A DNA stretch of 64,000 bases from Eledone cirrhosa (GCA_964016885.1 OZ024743.1:248186001-248250000); one strand, 5' to 3'; shown: positions 41,473 through 56,279, counted from the first letter of the stretch. Program-made: numbers and translations. Notes: generated from the letters alone by a model not told the origin.

Positions 41473-43146
41473 GTAAGTATTTTTCTGTTCTCTTTCATTC
41501 AAAATTTTTTTTATTTATGAGCTAAAATTGTACAGACAACAATAAAGATGGTTTTACCATATATACTGATGTATGATATGACTCAGCCCTCTATCATTAA
41601 AACACTCAAGAAGCCTTCCGATGCAACAGTGTAGGAGGCCTGTAACAACAACTATAACTTGTATTACACCTTCATTTTATATGCAATATTTATAATAATA
41701 ATAATAATAATGATTTCTTTATAATAATAATAATAATAATAATAATAAAATTATTGTGTACAGTGTTCAGGTGAACTACAACTCATCAAAGGTGCATGAA
41801 TAGTACATAGAATAATGTACAAATGTCAGGAAAGTGAACAGTGTATGAGTTATGATATACATGTGTGCGTGTGTATGGAGGGGGAATATCAGGTGTAGTG
41901 TTGATGAATTTCAGGAAGCATGGAGGTTTTAAAGGATGCAGTGTCTCGGCAGCTAGTACCATATATTTTCAACTGAGGTTTTGTAGGTCTAGTAGAAAAG
42001 TATTTCTATAAAAAAAGGTGTGACTTATACACAAATATATACAGTTTTTCATACAAACAATTATTGGTGAATATATTAGAAACATTCCATGCTGGAATAC
42101 TGATCCCACATCTAAGACAATGCTATTGTTACATTACATACATTATAGAGGACATTCTATTGATTGCTAAGAAGTCACTCATGAATACACCCCAACTTCT
42201 GGCCCATTGATGTGCTTCCTCCTTACTCTGTATTTTCTACTGCTACTACAGTGGGCCTCTGATCCTAGTTTTGTGGCACATCCACTCAGGCCCTCTCACT
42301 TATTTCTCCTCTTCCTTTTGTCATCCATGTTATATCCTGCACACCTGTAACCCAGCACTAACCACTTCATTCACTTTTCCCTCCTCAGGACGTCAGCACT
42401 CTAGAATTTCCTCCCCTGTGTATATTTTCTCTGCAACTGTTTAAGAAAAGCATTAACCACATTGGTTTCTCTTCTGCAAAGACCATGGGCCCAGCCCCCT
42501 TCCTCCTTACTGAAGTCTTCATTTCAGAGTTGAGGAATGTGACTAGAAATTCAGAGAGTGGTTCTATTTTTAGTTTGGTTGACTGAAGTAAATAAAGTGT
42601 GACAAGATTTGAATTTATGAACTCTAAGTCAGATATTCCCTGCCTCAACTACTCAAATCCATGCCTCTGTTTTGAATGCTGTGAAATATACAAATTTCTT
42701 ATTCAGCATGGCATGTATTAATAACAACTTTTCTATTGAAAAGGATTTAATCCTTTTCATACCAAACTTCTTGACACTGCCTTAGGTTTTATAATACAAG
42801 GCTGTCAATTTTAATTGTTTTTATTTATTTTAAAACCTCCCATCATAATTTTATGTAAGAACCTGTTTTTGTTCCAAAAACTTAATAATGAGAAAGGTAT
42901 TTATTTTATTAAATCCTTTCAAATTCTTTATTATTTTCAAAATTATATTAAAATCATATGTAATCTTTCATTAGAAGTATGGTAATGAAGGGGTTAAGCA
43001 GAGAACATTCCTAGACTCACTGAAACAGCTCTTTGAGCTGAATTCTTAATGATTATAGAGGTTATAGAGCTCTTGGATAATAAAGTCATCATCTGGTATT
43101 ACATTGAACAACGTGTTATTTTTCATTTTATTTCTGTGTATTTCAG

Positions 43147-43377
43147 CATAAAGAAACGTTGCCAGTCAGTAAAATACAAAGTGTGAAAGCTTTACGAAAA
43201 GGCCTTAGAGACATTCCAAAAGCTTTTGAAATATTTACTGCTGATCAGAGGTACGTGTTGAAGGCAAAAGATGAACAAAATGTGGAACAGTGGGTGCAGT
43301 GTTTGCAGATTGCTGTTGCACGGTCCCAGCAAAATGGGCCAATTTTAGTCCCTCTCAAAAATACTGACAACCAATAG
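43147..43377 (+). CDS. VEPH1: VEPH1 last coding exon (PH domain, C-terminal part, stop codon)
   Basis: tttcag| HKETLPVSKIQSVKALRKGLRDIPKAFEIFTADQRYVLKAKDEQNVEQWVQCLQIAVAR...NQ*. Summed CDS is 2481 nt, divisible by 3. Confidence 0.95.
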   Translation, partial: HKETLPVSKIQSVKALRKGLRDIPKAFEIFTADQRYVLKAKDEQNVEQWVQCLQIAVARSQQNGPILVPLKNTDNQ

Positions 43378-44008
43378 CCATTCTCAGATAATTTCTTCTG
43401 GAGTTTATTCCTTTCAGATAAAGCTGCTACTTATTTTATTCTCTCCATGTTTTAACTGCTATGTTAACATGGAAATATCATCTCAAATCTTGCATATTTG
43501 CCTGAAGTTTTAGAACAGATGTTTTACAACGGATTGCTCTCCATAATTACTACTTTGTGCTAGATTAAAGTTGAAGTCTTTCTTGAGCTTAGAGGCTCAT
43601 TGAACTGCAGCTTATCCTGCTTTCAAGTGGCATTAAGAAACTAAGAGTACAATACTCCCTCTTGGACAAAATGCTAGGCCATCACAATGTTAACTTCCCC
43701 TCCTACACCTACTGGCTGCTGCTAATATTCCTTTCCAGCTGAGTAAGCTGGAGCAACATAAAATGAAGTACCTTGCTCAAGGACACAGTACACTGTCTGG
43801 TCCAGATATCAAACCCACAATGTTACAATCATGAAGCCACACACCTGTGCTAGATAGGTAGAATCAAATTGAGTAAGGCACCATGGATTACTTGTGTTAA
43901 GGTGTGACGCTGTGGTTGACACATTAATCATTCAGACAGAACATCTTTACCATTTATAATTTACATTACCATGTCCCTTTATTTTTCTAAGTCAGTTCTT
44001 AGTTGATA

Positions 44009-44519
44009 CTAGCAGAATGGCCCAGCGTTGCTCGGGATTTGCTCTAGGGTTCTTATATATGTATCCTTCATCGCTGCTTTCACCCTTAACGGGATCTTCT
44101 GAAACTAAAATAATAAATTTGTGAATGCAGAAGTAAATATTTCGAAAAACGTTACAGACTATATATATATATATATACACATGCACTATATATACATATA
44201 TACACACACACACACCGCGTCATAATGACGCAATGCAGACAGCCAGGCATACAGACAGATATTATAAAGGCGCGACGTTATATCTATGTATCTATCTAAA
44301 AAGAGAAAGACTAAGAGAGAGAGAAAGAGATCACTAAATCGCCTAATGCGGTCCTTAGGGCATTGGAAATTTGAAATTTTTTTTGCTCAGAACACTTACG
44401 GGAACCATAAATATTACATGTGTAAAGTTTGAAAACAATCGGTTGGGTGGTTCTCGAATTTTAATGATTGTACAGACATCAGACAGACAAACAGACATTT
44501 TCTGTTTTAGTAATATAGA
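44009..44519 (-). mobile_element. Non-autonomous Helitron-like element
   Basis: On the minus strand: A|TC 5' end, 3' CTAG|T, subterminal hairpin cccgagc-aac-gctggg and (acag)n near the 5' end. Confidence 0.75.
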
Positions 44520-46460
44520 TAACAACTGATACTTAATTATATAAAAATAATTTTAGTTACCAATGATATGATGTAAAATTTTGCTGTAAAGAAAATTAGC
44601 CTTGTAATCTTTAAATAGTTTTAACTTTAATTGTAAAAACGTTTAATTGAAATGAAGAAAAAGAGAAAAAATTGAGAAAACTATTTAATTGATTAAAAAC
44701 CCAGATTAAATGTTATTTTGTCTCATGAGTAGTCCCATGATCAAAGGAACTCCAGTTGTGACTATTGTCTTCTCTTTTTCTTAACATACTGTACGATGGA
44801 CTACATTATCCAATGTGTTCTTTTTTTTGACACTAGGGAGTGATATAGTAAACTTATTATAGTTTCAGAAAGAATGCTTTGCAGTATTTGTTCTGAATCT
44901 TTGCACACTGAGTTCAAATCCTGTCAAAGCCAACTTTGCCTTTCATCCTTACATGGGTGGTAAATAAAGCATCAGTCTAATGGCAGTGGATGAGATGGCT
45001 TGTTGTGGTTGTTCTGACTGATTGTGTTCTGAAGTCAAATCTTGCCTCCTGTCATTGGAAACAAAAAGTGTTTACATTTCTGGTTGGAGTTGTGACCAAC
45101 ATAGTATCAGCAATGGGAAAGACTAATTGAAACATAATTTCCTTGGTTTGATTTGTGGGATTGGTAATCTTTTGGTCGATCTTCAGCATCATCAGGATGT
45201 GATTTGAGGTAAATTTGGCTAATATTTTAAATATCATCTTTATCCTGGTCTCATTGGTGTTAAGTGACTGAGAATACAAGACTTCCCCTTGGACAGTATG
45301 TGAATCTATTGCAGGGTAAACCTCCAGCAGCTGCTTGGTACTAATTTTCAGCTGAGTGTATTGGAGTAATGCACTACTCAGTTCAGGAATTGAATTCATG
45401 TCATTATGATCATTAGTCTAATATACCTTTACTAATGAAAAATTGAGTTATTTTATTGAATTCCTCCAAATTTTTGGTTATTTTCAAAATTAATTGAACC
45501 ACATAGACAGTGTATTTCATTAGAGATACATTGGTTTAACGACACATTTGTAAGGGAAGAGTATGGCATAATGAAACACTAATTATATTACTGGTATTTT
45601 TTCTCATGATTCTGTGAAGATTTGCCCTCAGAACATAAAGCAATGTAAATAACTATCAAAAGGTATTTAATTTGTCACTCTACTATTCCTACCACTTGTC
45701 TGTCTTTATGGATATTAATAATAGAGGCTGCAAGTAGGGCAGTGGATTGGCAAAATTGGTAGACCATTGTGTAAAATGCCATTGTGGTATTTGTTCTGGC
45801 TCTTTATATTCTGACTTCAAATTCTGCCAAAGTCAACTTAGCCTTTCATCCTTTTGGGGTTTATAAGTACTGGGTTGATCTAATCACCCCTCCTCCCAAA
45901 ATACGAACAGTAAAACTTTGGAAATTCTTCTTGCTTTTTAAAATTGCTTCTTGTCAGGGCACCTTTTGATAGCAAATTGCATGAAACTGCCTCTGGTTTT
46001 ATGATACAAAACTTTGTTTTAAGGTGTTTATAGTTATCTAAAAAAACCTTCCATCATAATTTTATCAAAGAACTTTTGTTAATTTATGTTCCAAACATCA
46101 GATTAATAATGAGAATGTTTATTTTAATAAATCCCTTCAAATCTGTGATAGTTATCAAAATTATATGAAAATCATAGACTGTGTATTTCATTGGAAATAT
46201 GGTAAGGAAAGGGTTCAGCATCATTAAACTTTGTAGTACTGAAATAAGTTTCTGTAATAATAACTTGATGGTAATTTATTTATTTAGTTTGTATGAACCA
46301 TTGTTCAATTGTGATTCTGGTCATGTTATTGCTTGAAAAAACACGTTATCTGGGTAATAACCAGGATCTCATGAATATCCATTTTGTGAAGGTTTGGTTC
46401 AGCTAAATATGTTATGTTTGTTGAGCACTACACAATAGTGCCCTAGAGTAGTTGAGTAAT

Positions 46461-46702
46461 TTAACCCTTTTGATACCAATCCACTTGAAACCGCCCCTGT
46501 TGCTATGATACAAAGCTACCTGTTTTAAAGTGTATATTGAAATTAGAACCTATTATATCTTTATATAAGAAATGTTGGTTAAGTTGCATAACACACAGAG
46601 AATTTAGTTATTTTGCTAAATCCCTTCAAGTATTTGATTTTTAAAATGAAAGAGAGACACAGGCAGTGTATTTCATTAAACGTATAGTCACAAAAGGGTT
46701 AA
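46461..46702. mobile_element. piggyBac-like MITE family A (about 240 bp; 15 or more copies, e.g. 27467-27712, 42748-42998, 47080-47309, 49824-50070, 51005-51214)
   Basis: TTAA|CCCTTTTG ... CAAAAGGG|TTAA termini with a conserved internal sequence (ccatcataattttat, ttaataatgagaaag). Confidence 0.82.
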
Positions 46703-47539
46703 AAGATTTAAGGGAAGAAAGGTATTGTACCAGAACATTGGTGGCTATTGTAAATATCATTTGGTTTTTAAAATTGAAAAAATCTAAAAATGTGTATCAA
46801 TATTTATATTACAAATTATTATATTTTGATATTTTCAATAAAAATAATATACAAAAATCATTATACCTTTAACAAACCTAGAGGATTGCTGGTTTTCCAA
46901 TAAATGATAAAAAAATATGCTTTTGTGATATTCCAATATAATGAAAATGTATTCTAATAATTATGTATGCCATACAATAAATATATCTATTTAATATTTG
47001 GTAACTATCATAGTTACTGCTTAGTCTCTCTTAGAATTCTGTAAGAAATATCAATTCTTTTATATTTCTTAGTAAACTCTTAATACTAACCTGCCCCAAA
47101 CTGTCCATGGTTCTATGACAAAACTGCTGATTTAAAAATATTCCTACTTAAACTGAAACTATCCATCATAGATTTTATTTCAGACTGTTTTGTTATGTTC
47201 CAAACACCAGCTTACTTTCATTTACTAAATCCCTCCAAATTATATTTTAAAGATTAATTTGAAAGCATAGGCAGTATATTTCAGCAGAAATAGGTAATGA
47301 AAGGGTTAAGCTAAACAGACCTGAAGTTAGGAGAAGGCAATTTTCCTTGCCTTGTAGGAGAGCCTTCTATTTTCTCACCTTTGGGTGCTAGTGCTGTTTT
47401 TGATAATTTTAATGCTCCAAGCTGGGATTACATGTTAATTTTTGCATTTTTCAAAAAATTGTAAAATATAGAATAAAAGAGATATTTTGATCAAATTTTC
47501 TTTCTTTATTTTGTCTGGACCTGTGTTTCACAAACTAAA

Positions 47540-47790
47540 CTAAAATGCACCAGTACATCTTTGGCATATGAAGGGGTGGGAGATAAAAATGTAACTGTAT
47601 GTTTTTGGCACACAAGGAGTGGGGAGTAAAAATGTACCAGTATCTCTTTGGCACACAAGGGGTGGGAGGTAAAAGACTTACCAGTATATCTTTGGCTGTA
47701 AGAGGTGAGAGGTAAAAAATGTACCAGTATGTTTTTGGCATACAAAGGAGTGGTAGGTAAAAGATATATATCAATATGTTTTTGGCTCTG
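47540..47790. repeat. Degenerate tandem repeat of about 43 bp, about 6 units
   Basis: Unit resembles aaaatgtaccagtatatctttggcacacaaggggtgggaggt. Confidence 0.8.
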
Positions 47791-47832
47791 AAAAAGTCAA
47801 ATGTATATTATTATTGATATACAAACATAATA

Positions 47833-49550
47833 GCTGATGGACCAGGTCATGAAAGTAACAGAAAGAGTTATAGCACAGTTGATTAGGGACCGGGTGAAAC
47901 TAGATGAGATGCAATTTGGGTTTGTACCAGGAAGAGGCACCACTGATGCCCTCTTCCTTGTGAGGCAGTTACAGGAAAAGTACCTAGCTAAAAGTAAGCC
48001 ACTCTACCTGGCATTCGTCGATCTTGAGAAAGCCTTTGACAGAGTTCCACGTGCTATAATCTGGTGGGCTCTTAGAAAACTAGGAGTAGATGAATGGCTT
48101 GTGAAAGCTGTACAAGCCATGTATAGGGGAGCAGTCAGCAAAGTTAGGATTAGCAATGAGTATAGTGAGGAATTTAGCGTACAGGTTGGTGTCCACCAGG
48201 GCTCTGTTCTTAGCCCTCTTCTGTTCATCATAGTCCTGCAGGCAATAACGGAGGAGTTTAAGACTGGATGCCCATGGGAACTCTTGTATGCAGATGACCT
48301 CGCACTTATAGATGAATCTATGGTAGAACTAGAGAAGAAATACCAAACTTGGAAGCAGGGACTAGAAAGAAAGTGTCTCAAAGTTAACCTGACAAAGACT
48401 AAGGTCCTTGTAAGTAGACGAGAAAACAGAACCCAGATCCCCTCATGGAAATGGCCTTCCTCAGTATGTAGGAAAGGTGTAGGTAGGAACTCTATTCTCT
48501 GCCCCAAATGCAAACAATGAGTACACAAGAGATGTAGTGGGATCTCAGGAAGCTTAATTAAGAATGTAGGCTTCACATGTAGCAGCTGTGCTGGGACAGC
48601 TAGCAGCAAACAGCCACAGGAAACAAGTACCACCAATCTCTGGGAGGGCTCTGTAGAAACAGTAGACAGCTTCTGCTACCTAGGTGACCGAATTAGCAGC
48701 GGAGGTGGGTGTTCAGAAAGTACAATAACTAGGGTAAGAATGGGATGGAAGAAGTTCAGGGAGCTACTGCCACTGCTAGCTGCAAAAGGCTTTTCCCTCA
48801 AAATGAAAGGCAGACTGTATGATGCGTGTATCCGAACAGCAATGTTACATGGTAGTGAGACCTGGGCGCTGAAGGTGGAAGACTTACGTTGATTAGAAAG
48901 AAACGAAGCCTGCATGCTCCGATGGATGTGTAATAGTAATATATGCGAATGGCAAAGCATAAATGAATTGAGAGACAGACTGAGCATAAGAGGAATCAAA
49001 TGCTGTGCGCAGGAGAGGTGGTTGCCAATGTGATGCGTATGAAGGATGACAGCTGCATAAAAAGGTACAGAGCACTAGAAGACGATGGAAAATGCGGAGT
49101 GGGGAGACCCAAGAAGACCTGGGATGAGGTGATAAAAGCCGACCTTACCCAATTACACCTCTCAAAGGCGATGGCACACAACCGTGACCTCTGGCGTCAC
49201 GCAGTAATACAGAGTACCTGACCTCTCATGGGTACAAGCCGAAGCTGAAGCATATAGACAATATGCACCCACACCCTCCCACTACAAAGTGGTCGTGGAG
49301 GTGCCACGGCAAAGAAGCACCCAGCCCACACTGTAAAGTGGACGTGTAGACGCCACGGAAAAAAAGCACCCAGCACTCACTGTAAATGAGGTTGGTGTTA
49401 GGAAGGGCATCCAGCTGTAGAAATCAAGCCAGAATCAGTTCCTGTATGAGCAAGACATGGTCAGCCGACCAGACACTGCCCACAACAGGACAACCCGTCT
49501 AACCCATGCTAGTGTGGAAGAACGGACGTAAAACGGTGATGATGATGATG
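47833..49550 (+). mobile_element. 5'-truncated RTE LINE
   Basis: 227-aa RT ORF (QFGFVPGRGTTDA, DLEKAFD, QGSVLSP, YADD), PHD-like finger and (GAT)n tail; several stops. Confidence 0.93.
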
Positions 49551-52500
49551 AATTCTTATGTAATTTTGAATTATTTTAAGAATAAAATCAAAATATATTT
49601 TGCTCTGTAATACATCCTTCTATTTCTGGATGTCATTCATTGAATAGGTACAGCAGTTTTTTCTTTGCATCAATGACTGATAACTTATGTCACTGTCAAT
49701 ATTTCAATGTCTTTTTTTTTTTTTTGTCATTTTAAAGATAACAAAATCAGTTCTCAATGAGGAAGAAGAAGACAGAAATGTAGAAATAAATTTTTTTACC
49801 AAGTCTTTCTTTTCAAGACTGTTTTAACCCTTTTGATTCCAACCTGCTTGAAACCACCCTTGGTTCTTTGAAATAAACTGCTTGTTTTAAAGTGTTCATA
49901 CTTATATTAAAACCTCCTATCATAATTTTATATTAAAAATGCTTAAGTAATGTTCAAAAATTCATCTCACTAATGGAAAAGTAATTTTACTAAATATCAT
50001 CAATTTTTTTTTCAAAATACTTGAAACAGTTGGTAATATTTCATAAAAAATATGGTAACAAAAGGGTTAAGGAAAATAATTGAACTTCTGTGTGAGTATT
50101 ATACATTTGGTTTGAGGGAATTAACAAAAGCATGATGGAAATTGTAAAGAAGCCTCTTGTGTGTGTGCTTGCCTCTTCCCTTCTCATTTGACATTGCAAG
50201 TGGTGATATTTGTTTACATTTCATGTAAACAGCAGTACTCTTGCTCAGAAGTTAGGTGTACAAAGATTTTTCCTTGGCACCAGGAAGGGTATCCAACTGT
50301 AGAATTCTGCCTCAAAAAGTTTCATCTAACCCATGCAATCCTGGATTAGCAGATGTAAAAACAACGATAATGATGATGGCTACAGAAGAAATGGTCTTTT
50401 ATACTAGAATTCTATGTGAAAATTTTCATGTAAAAATGTGCTTCTTATGTTATGAAGTAGCTTAACTGTTATGTGACCATATTTCTAACAAGTATATACT
50501 GCTTTTATAATCATTTCATTACTAAGATAGTAACTTAACATATAGTTCTTATATAAAATTATGTTGGAAGATTTTAATTTGAATAGGAATCCTTGGGTGG
50601 GTTGGTATCAGAAGGGTTTAATTAGCAAAATAATGAAAGAAATATATAACTTTCAACTTAATAATAAAAGACAACTATTTAACTACTGAAATCTAATATT
50701 ATCTGTCATGTCATAATGAAATTTCAGTTCAAGATTTGAAATAATTTCAGATGAGTTGGTCCTTAACTAGAAAAGTTCTTTCGTCTAAGCTTTCTATACA
50801 TGTCAAAAAGGCCATTAAAAATGTTCATAATCATAAAATGATATATATCCTCATTACAGAAGAGTTATTAATCAAAGTTGACCATGTAAGTTTTTAAATT
50901 TTAATGGGAATTACAATCTGAGATCTGTTGTTCTAAATTATCAATCTGAAGTTTTTGCAATCAAGCGCAAATACTTAGTATATATTTGAATATACTGAAT
51001 ACATTTAACCCCCTTGAAAAATGTTTATAATTACCTTAAAACTTACCATCATAATTCTATGTAAGAACTTTTGTTCAGTCACATTCCAAACACTGTCTTA
51101 ATAGTGAGAAAGTTAGTAATTTTACTAAATATCTCTAAATTTTTGATTATCTTCAAAACAACTTGAAAATCATAGGCAGTGTACATAATAAGAAATATGG
51201 CAATGAGAGGGTTAAAACTTCACTGTCTTCTGTTTTTGATTCAGTTTAGTAATAAACTAAGGAAACTGAAGTCTGTGTAAATCTAATACAGCTGTTAGGA
51301 CCAATTAATGACTGGTACCTTCCACAGGATAATAAATTACATTAAATCTAAATTTTTTTTTCATTTTGATATTTATATATGATGTTGCTTTTGATTCATC
51401 ACCCTTGACTGATACTTTATTTTACTGACCTAAGAAGAATGAACGGCAAAGTTGACCATGGTGGAATTTGAACTCAGAGTACAGAAAACTGAAATAAATA
51501 CTGCAAAGCTTTTCATCCTATGTTCTATCAACTCTGCCATTTTACCATCTACAGCCAGATTTGAACCTGAAACCTAGAGAAAAGATACTTCCAGTTTTTA
51601 TTTGAGTTAGTAATGATTTCTAATGTTTTTTCAATCCAGAGCCTTTTCAATCCTACCAGAGAAACCCCTCCCTGATTGATCTCCACTGTTTTCTGTTTTG
51701 ATTTTAGTCATGTCAAGGGTGTAGCCGTACTCACCATGCTTGGCCAATTGCAGGTTGGTGAGGCTATTTAACCCATAGCTGGGTAAACTCATTTCTACAG
51801 CTTAGTGAACTGGAGCAACGTGAAATAAAGCGTTTTGCTCAACAACACAATGCAAAGCCTGGTCTGAGAATCAAACTCACAACCTCAGGATTGTAAGCCC
51901 TATGTTCAAACCACCAAGTCATGCACCTTCACCTAACAATCTTACATGGCCACAAATATTTTTTTAGGGGTGGAATTGGGTGATTTTGTCTGCTTTAATA
52001 TTGATTTCTAATTGAGGTACAAAGCCAGCAAATTTAGTGGGAGGACAAAATTGGTTAAATCAACTCCAGCATTTGATTGGTATTTTATTTTAACCCTGAA
52101 AAAAATGAAAGACAAAGCTGCCTTGGCAGAATTTGAACTCAAAATGTAAAGAACCAGAATAAATACCATAATGACATTGTATCCAAGGCTTTACCAATTC
52201 TGCCAATCCACCACCATTTTGTCTGTGTTAATATTACTAACTTTGATATATAGCATATGGCCTTACATTTGTATGAAGGGAATTTATTCAATCATTGAGA
52301 GGCAAAACTGTTGTGTTGTTGGTTAACTGTAAACCAACAGATTTATGACCAATCCAGTCTTTTGTTAGATTTAGCTTCTATTTCTAGCAGGCCAAGCGAC
52401 CACGTAGTGATTCTTGGTCCGTGATGGTCTACCCTTCCTTATTGGGCCATATTTACTCTAAATTGTAAAATAAACCCTGCTAAGGTTTAAAATCAAAATG

Positions 52501-52937
52501 TAGGAGAAAGTATATACATCCAAGGATCCACTGTTTCTGCCATACATAATCATATTAACATCTCTCAGTGTTGAGAATTTGATTCCATTGAAATTAGTGT
52601 ACACATAACATAATTCTCAGGAAGATTCAGCATGGCACAGTGTATGAAAAGGGTGGGCCTTTGAATCACAGGTACAATTCATCTGACGAGTTTCTAAACA
52701 GTTTCCGTCAGCCTAATTTCACTCGCAAGGCACTGATTGACCCAATGACAACTGGCCAAGCAGTCATATAGTGGGATGGAACCCGAGACCATATAATTAT
52801 GAAGTGAACTATTTGGTCACATTGCATCCAACTGTATTATAAGATGGATGCACAAGCCTACCTTTTACCTAATAGAACATGTTTATTGATTTAGGTCATA
52901 AGACTGCAGCCAGTCTGAGGAACCAGACTGGCTGCAA

Positions 52938-53132
52938 TATGTTTTTATTGAGTATCGACCTTTTGAGCCAATCACCTGCATTTCGCAGATGATTGGCTTA
53001 AGGTCACCTATGGAAGCTATGAACCCGACTCTACCATCGATCAATCTGTTCGTTGAATTACTAGTCTGACGAACAAATCGATGCTAGAGTCGGGTTCATA
53101 GCTTCCATAGGTCGATACTCAATAAAAACATA
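52938..53132 (+). mobile_element. Fold-back element, probably a Penelope-like terminal repeat remnant
   Basis: Nested inverted arms atgtttttattgagtatcgacct/aggtcgatactcaataaaaacat and acctatggaagctatgaacccgactcta/tagagtcgggttcatagcttccataggt. Shares agagtcggg and actcaataaa with the 11-kb element. Confidence 0.6.
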
Positions 53133-53478
53133 AAAAAAAAATGTAAACGAAAGTTCATTGTTTTTTATATACAATCTACCTGTGCACCGAGTGTTCATAT
53201 TGGTACCACCACCAGTAATTTACCGAATCATCTCTCTCTCTCTCTCTTTATATATATATCGACTTTCGTCAAATCGGACCGAGGAAACAGTGTTTCCATT
53301 GGTCTTTCCAATTGTTAATACTCTTTATGGGTCGCAACTCCAGGTAAAAGGAACAACTTGAAAAGATAAATGTCTTACTCAAGGACATAACGCATCACCC
53401 GGTCCGGGAATCGAATTCATAACCTCACGATTGCGAATTCAATCCTCTAACCACGCCTTCACGGAAACTTATAAACCC

Positions 53479-53513
<35 letters not shown>

Positions 53514-54676
53514 TTTCTGTCTGTCAATTTCTACTCTCAAGGCATTGGTCAACTCGAGTCTATAGTGGAAGACACTTGCCCAAGATGATGTGCAGCGAAT
53601 TCCTTAATCACACAGCCATTATTGCGCTTATGATAGAACGTTGACAAGGACATGGAAGCTGGAGTGCAACTGAGTCCAAGAGTGCTTGTCGTCGGTCTGC
53701 TTCTTTCCAACGATATTTCTTTCTATTTCTTCCACTACACTCTTGATAAACCACTGGTGGATTGGCAGAATCGTTAGAGCAAAATATCTTAAGGTGTTTA
53801 GTTACGACCTTTTACGTTTTAAGTTCAAATTCTGTAGAAGCAAACACTGGTTTTCAGGAGACAGCAAGTGAGTCTTTCGACTAGGTCAGCAAGGCGAGTA
53901 TGTAAGCGAATAATAAAAAGTCTGACGACTGGAACCAAGACAGGATACGGTGCAGATAAGTTGTGCAACTGGTAATTCCTGAGGAGGGAAATATAAATAG
54001 AACTTCGTCAACATAGAGAAGAGAGAGATAGAGCATGTGTGTGTGCAAGAAAGAGAGAGGAGTGAGTGAAAGAAACTTCTTGGAGTATATAAATATATAT
54101 ATATAAATGTATGAATATATAGTTTTAATTTTTCATTAACATAATCGTTATGTACACCTTCGAAAATGTACCCCTGACAAAAATCTCATTAAAAATATGC
54201 ATTATAAATAAAGTTATGAGGAAACAAAGCCATTGAGAAGGACCAACAATTGTAATCGCCAAAGAAACTTTTAGAAATGCTGTTATTTGGTCGAGTGGCA
54301 GCTGAGTGGTGTTGAGCGGAACCAAAGCTAGATGCAAAATGGATTATCTAACTTACCAAATTTGTTTGTCTCTGCATATAAAAACACTGTTAGTTAAGTT
54401 AAAGTCTGTCCAGAGCCCAGAGACCTATTGAACTAGAGTTTATCCCAGAGTCATTGGCATTGAGCGACTGAGAGTAAATTACCTCCACTCTTTTGTTTTC
54501 CAGTTGAGTGGACTGGACCAATGTGAAGTGAAGTGTCTTGCTCAATGACACAACGTACCGCTTGGTCATGGAATCGATCCCACTACTTTACGATCGTGAG
54601 CCCAGCCACTTAGCCGTATGCTTTCACATATGATGTGGGTGAAATTAAAAATATACACATATACGATGAATATATT

Positions 54677-55122
54677 ACTAGACCTGAAAAATGCGCAAGC
54701 TCAAAAGAGCCACAGAATGTTATAATAAACTTTCAAAAGTGTGGGACTAGAGTTGTTGTTAAAAAATATTGTAATCATTATCTATCGTACACTCTGTGGC
54801 ATCCTTTTATAAAAAAGAGACTCATAACGAACTCAAGACGACACGATAATTATTTAAGCTAATGTTCAATATCTCATGTTAGATGTTTAGTAATGATTAA
54901 TACGAAATGTACTTAAACCGAATTCTATATTATAAATTCACTTAAATAATTATCGTGTCGTCTTGAGTTCGTTATGAGTTTCTTTTTTATAAAAGGATGC
55001 CACAAAGTGTACGGTAGATAATGATTACAATATTTTTGAGCAACAACTCTAGTCCCACACTTTTGAAGGTTTATTATAACATTCTGTGGCTCTTTTGAGC
55101 TTGCGCATTTTTCAGGTCTAGT
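54677..55122. mobile_element. Fold-back MITE with 182-bp inverted arms and an 82-bp spacer
   Basis: 54677-54858 is a near-perfect reverse complement of 54941-55122. Confidence 0.85.
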
Positions 55123-56164
55123 TTAATATTTTTTTAAGGCTACGCTTTTAATAACTCTAGTTAAACATGATATATATTAATAATAAATTATCGTTGTATA
55201 TAATTGTTATTTTATAAATGATCTTATAAATATTATTGTAAGATGTATAAAAATATTTTCAGACTTTTAATATAAACAACTACAAAAAACAATCAATATT
55301 AAATAAATATATTTTACATAATTTGTATAGTTGAATTAATAAAAATTATCTAACATAATAATAATAAAATAATCTAACATAAAACGAACAATAATATGGA
55401 CAAATATACAAGTATATATATGATAAGCATGTTATTATATATATGATAAGCATGTTATAACGAACTGAAAAATAAAATAGTTAATAAAAATTAAAAAAAA
55501 TCATATATAAATTAACAATATAACTTACCAAAACGAGAAAAATATTTTGATGATAAAACGACGAAATACAGGAGGAAGATTCAAAAGCGAAACGATAAAT
55601 AAACGTGCAAACAAAATGGCGGATGCTTTTGAGCAACAATTATTCTCGTTGGTTGATTAGCCAATAAGACGATACATTACAAAATATGTTTGGCAGCGAT
55701 AACCACGGCCAGCGACACCCCTTGAATTTTTTATTCACAAGCTACGCATATATGTCAGACACGCAGACTTAAAACATTCTGTTGTTAGTCACTGCGTGTC
55801 TAACAGATTCTGATTTTAGACATTAAATAACACGTTTTAATTTGCCAGTTATTAAACATTAGAAATGTTTGAACTTCCCAATTTACTGTTTAAGGTACCA
55901 GTCAGTGGAAAAAATAGTTTCGAGTAGATTTATTGATTTTAGATCATCATTTTCAATAATCAAATACTTTTACTGACTACCTTTGTCCATACTCTTCTGT
56001 TAACTGGGTATGTTTGATAAGGCAGAGTCGTTAAAGCGTTGGAGTAAACCATGCCTTAGCATTTGTTCTGGCTCACTGCGCTCTGAGTTCAAATTCCACC
56101 GAGGTCAACTTTGCCCCTCATCCTTTCGAGATCGATAATTAAAGTACTAACACTGAGGATCAAT

Positions 56165-56264
<100 letters not shown>

Positions 56265-56279
56265 TTTTAATATAGATGA

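Noticed and set aside
44112-44117. AATAAA inside the Helitron-like element as the VEPH1 polyadenylation signal
   Set aside because: AATAAA is frequent in this AT-rich DNA and cannot be assigned without transcript data.
48004-48999. Long minus-strand ORFs (210 and 107 aa), likewise 38628-39074 and 18214-18789
   Set aside because: Antisense shadows of the RTE coding frame with no independent protein signature.
55600-55720. Possible promoter (AAAATGGCG YY1-like site, CCAAT box, CpGs)
   Set aside because: Short motifs only with no linked exon found, and the same AAAATGGCG word occurs inside the Penelope-like repeats.
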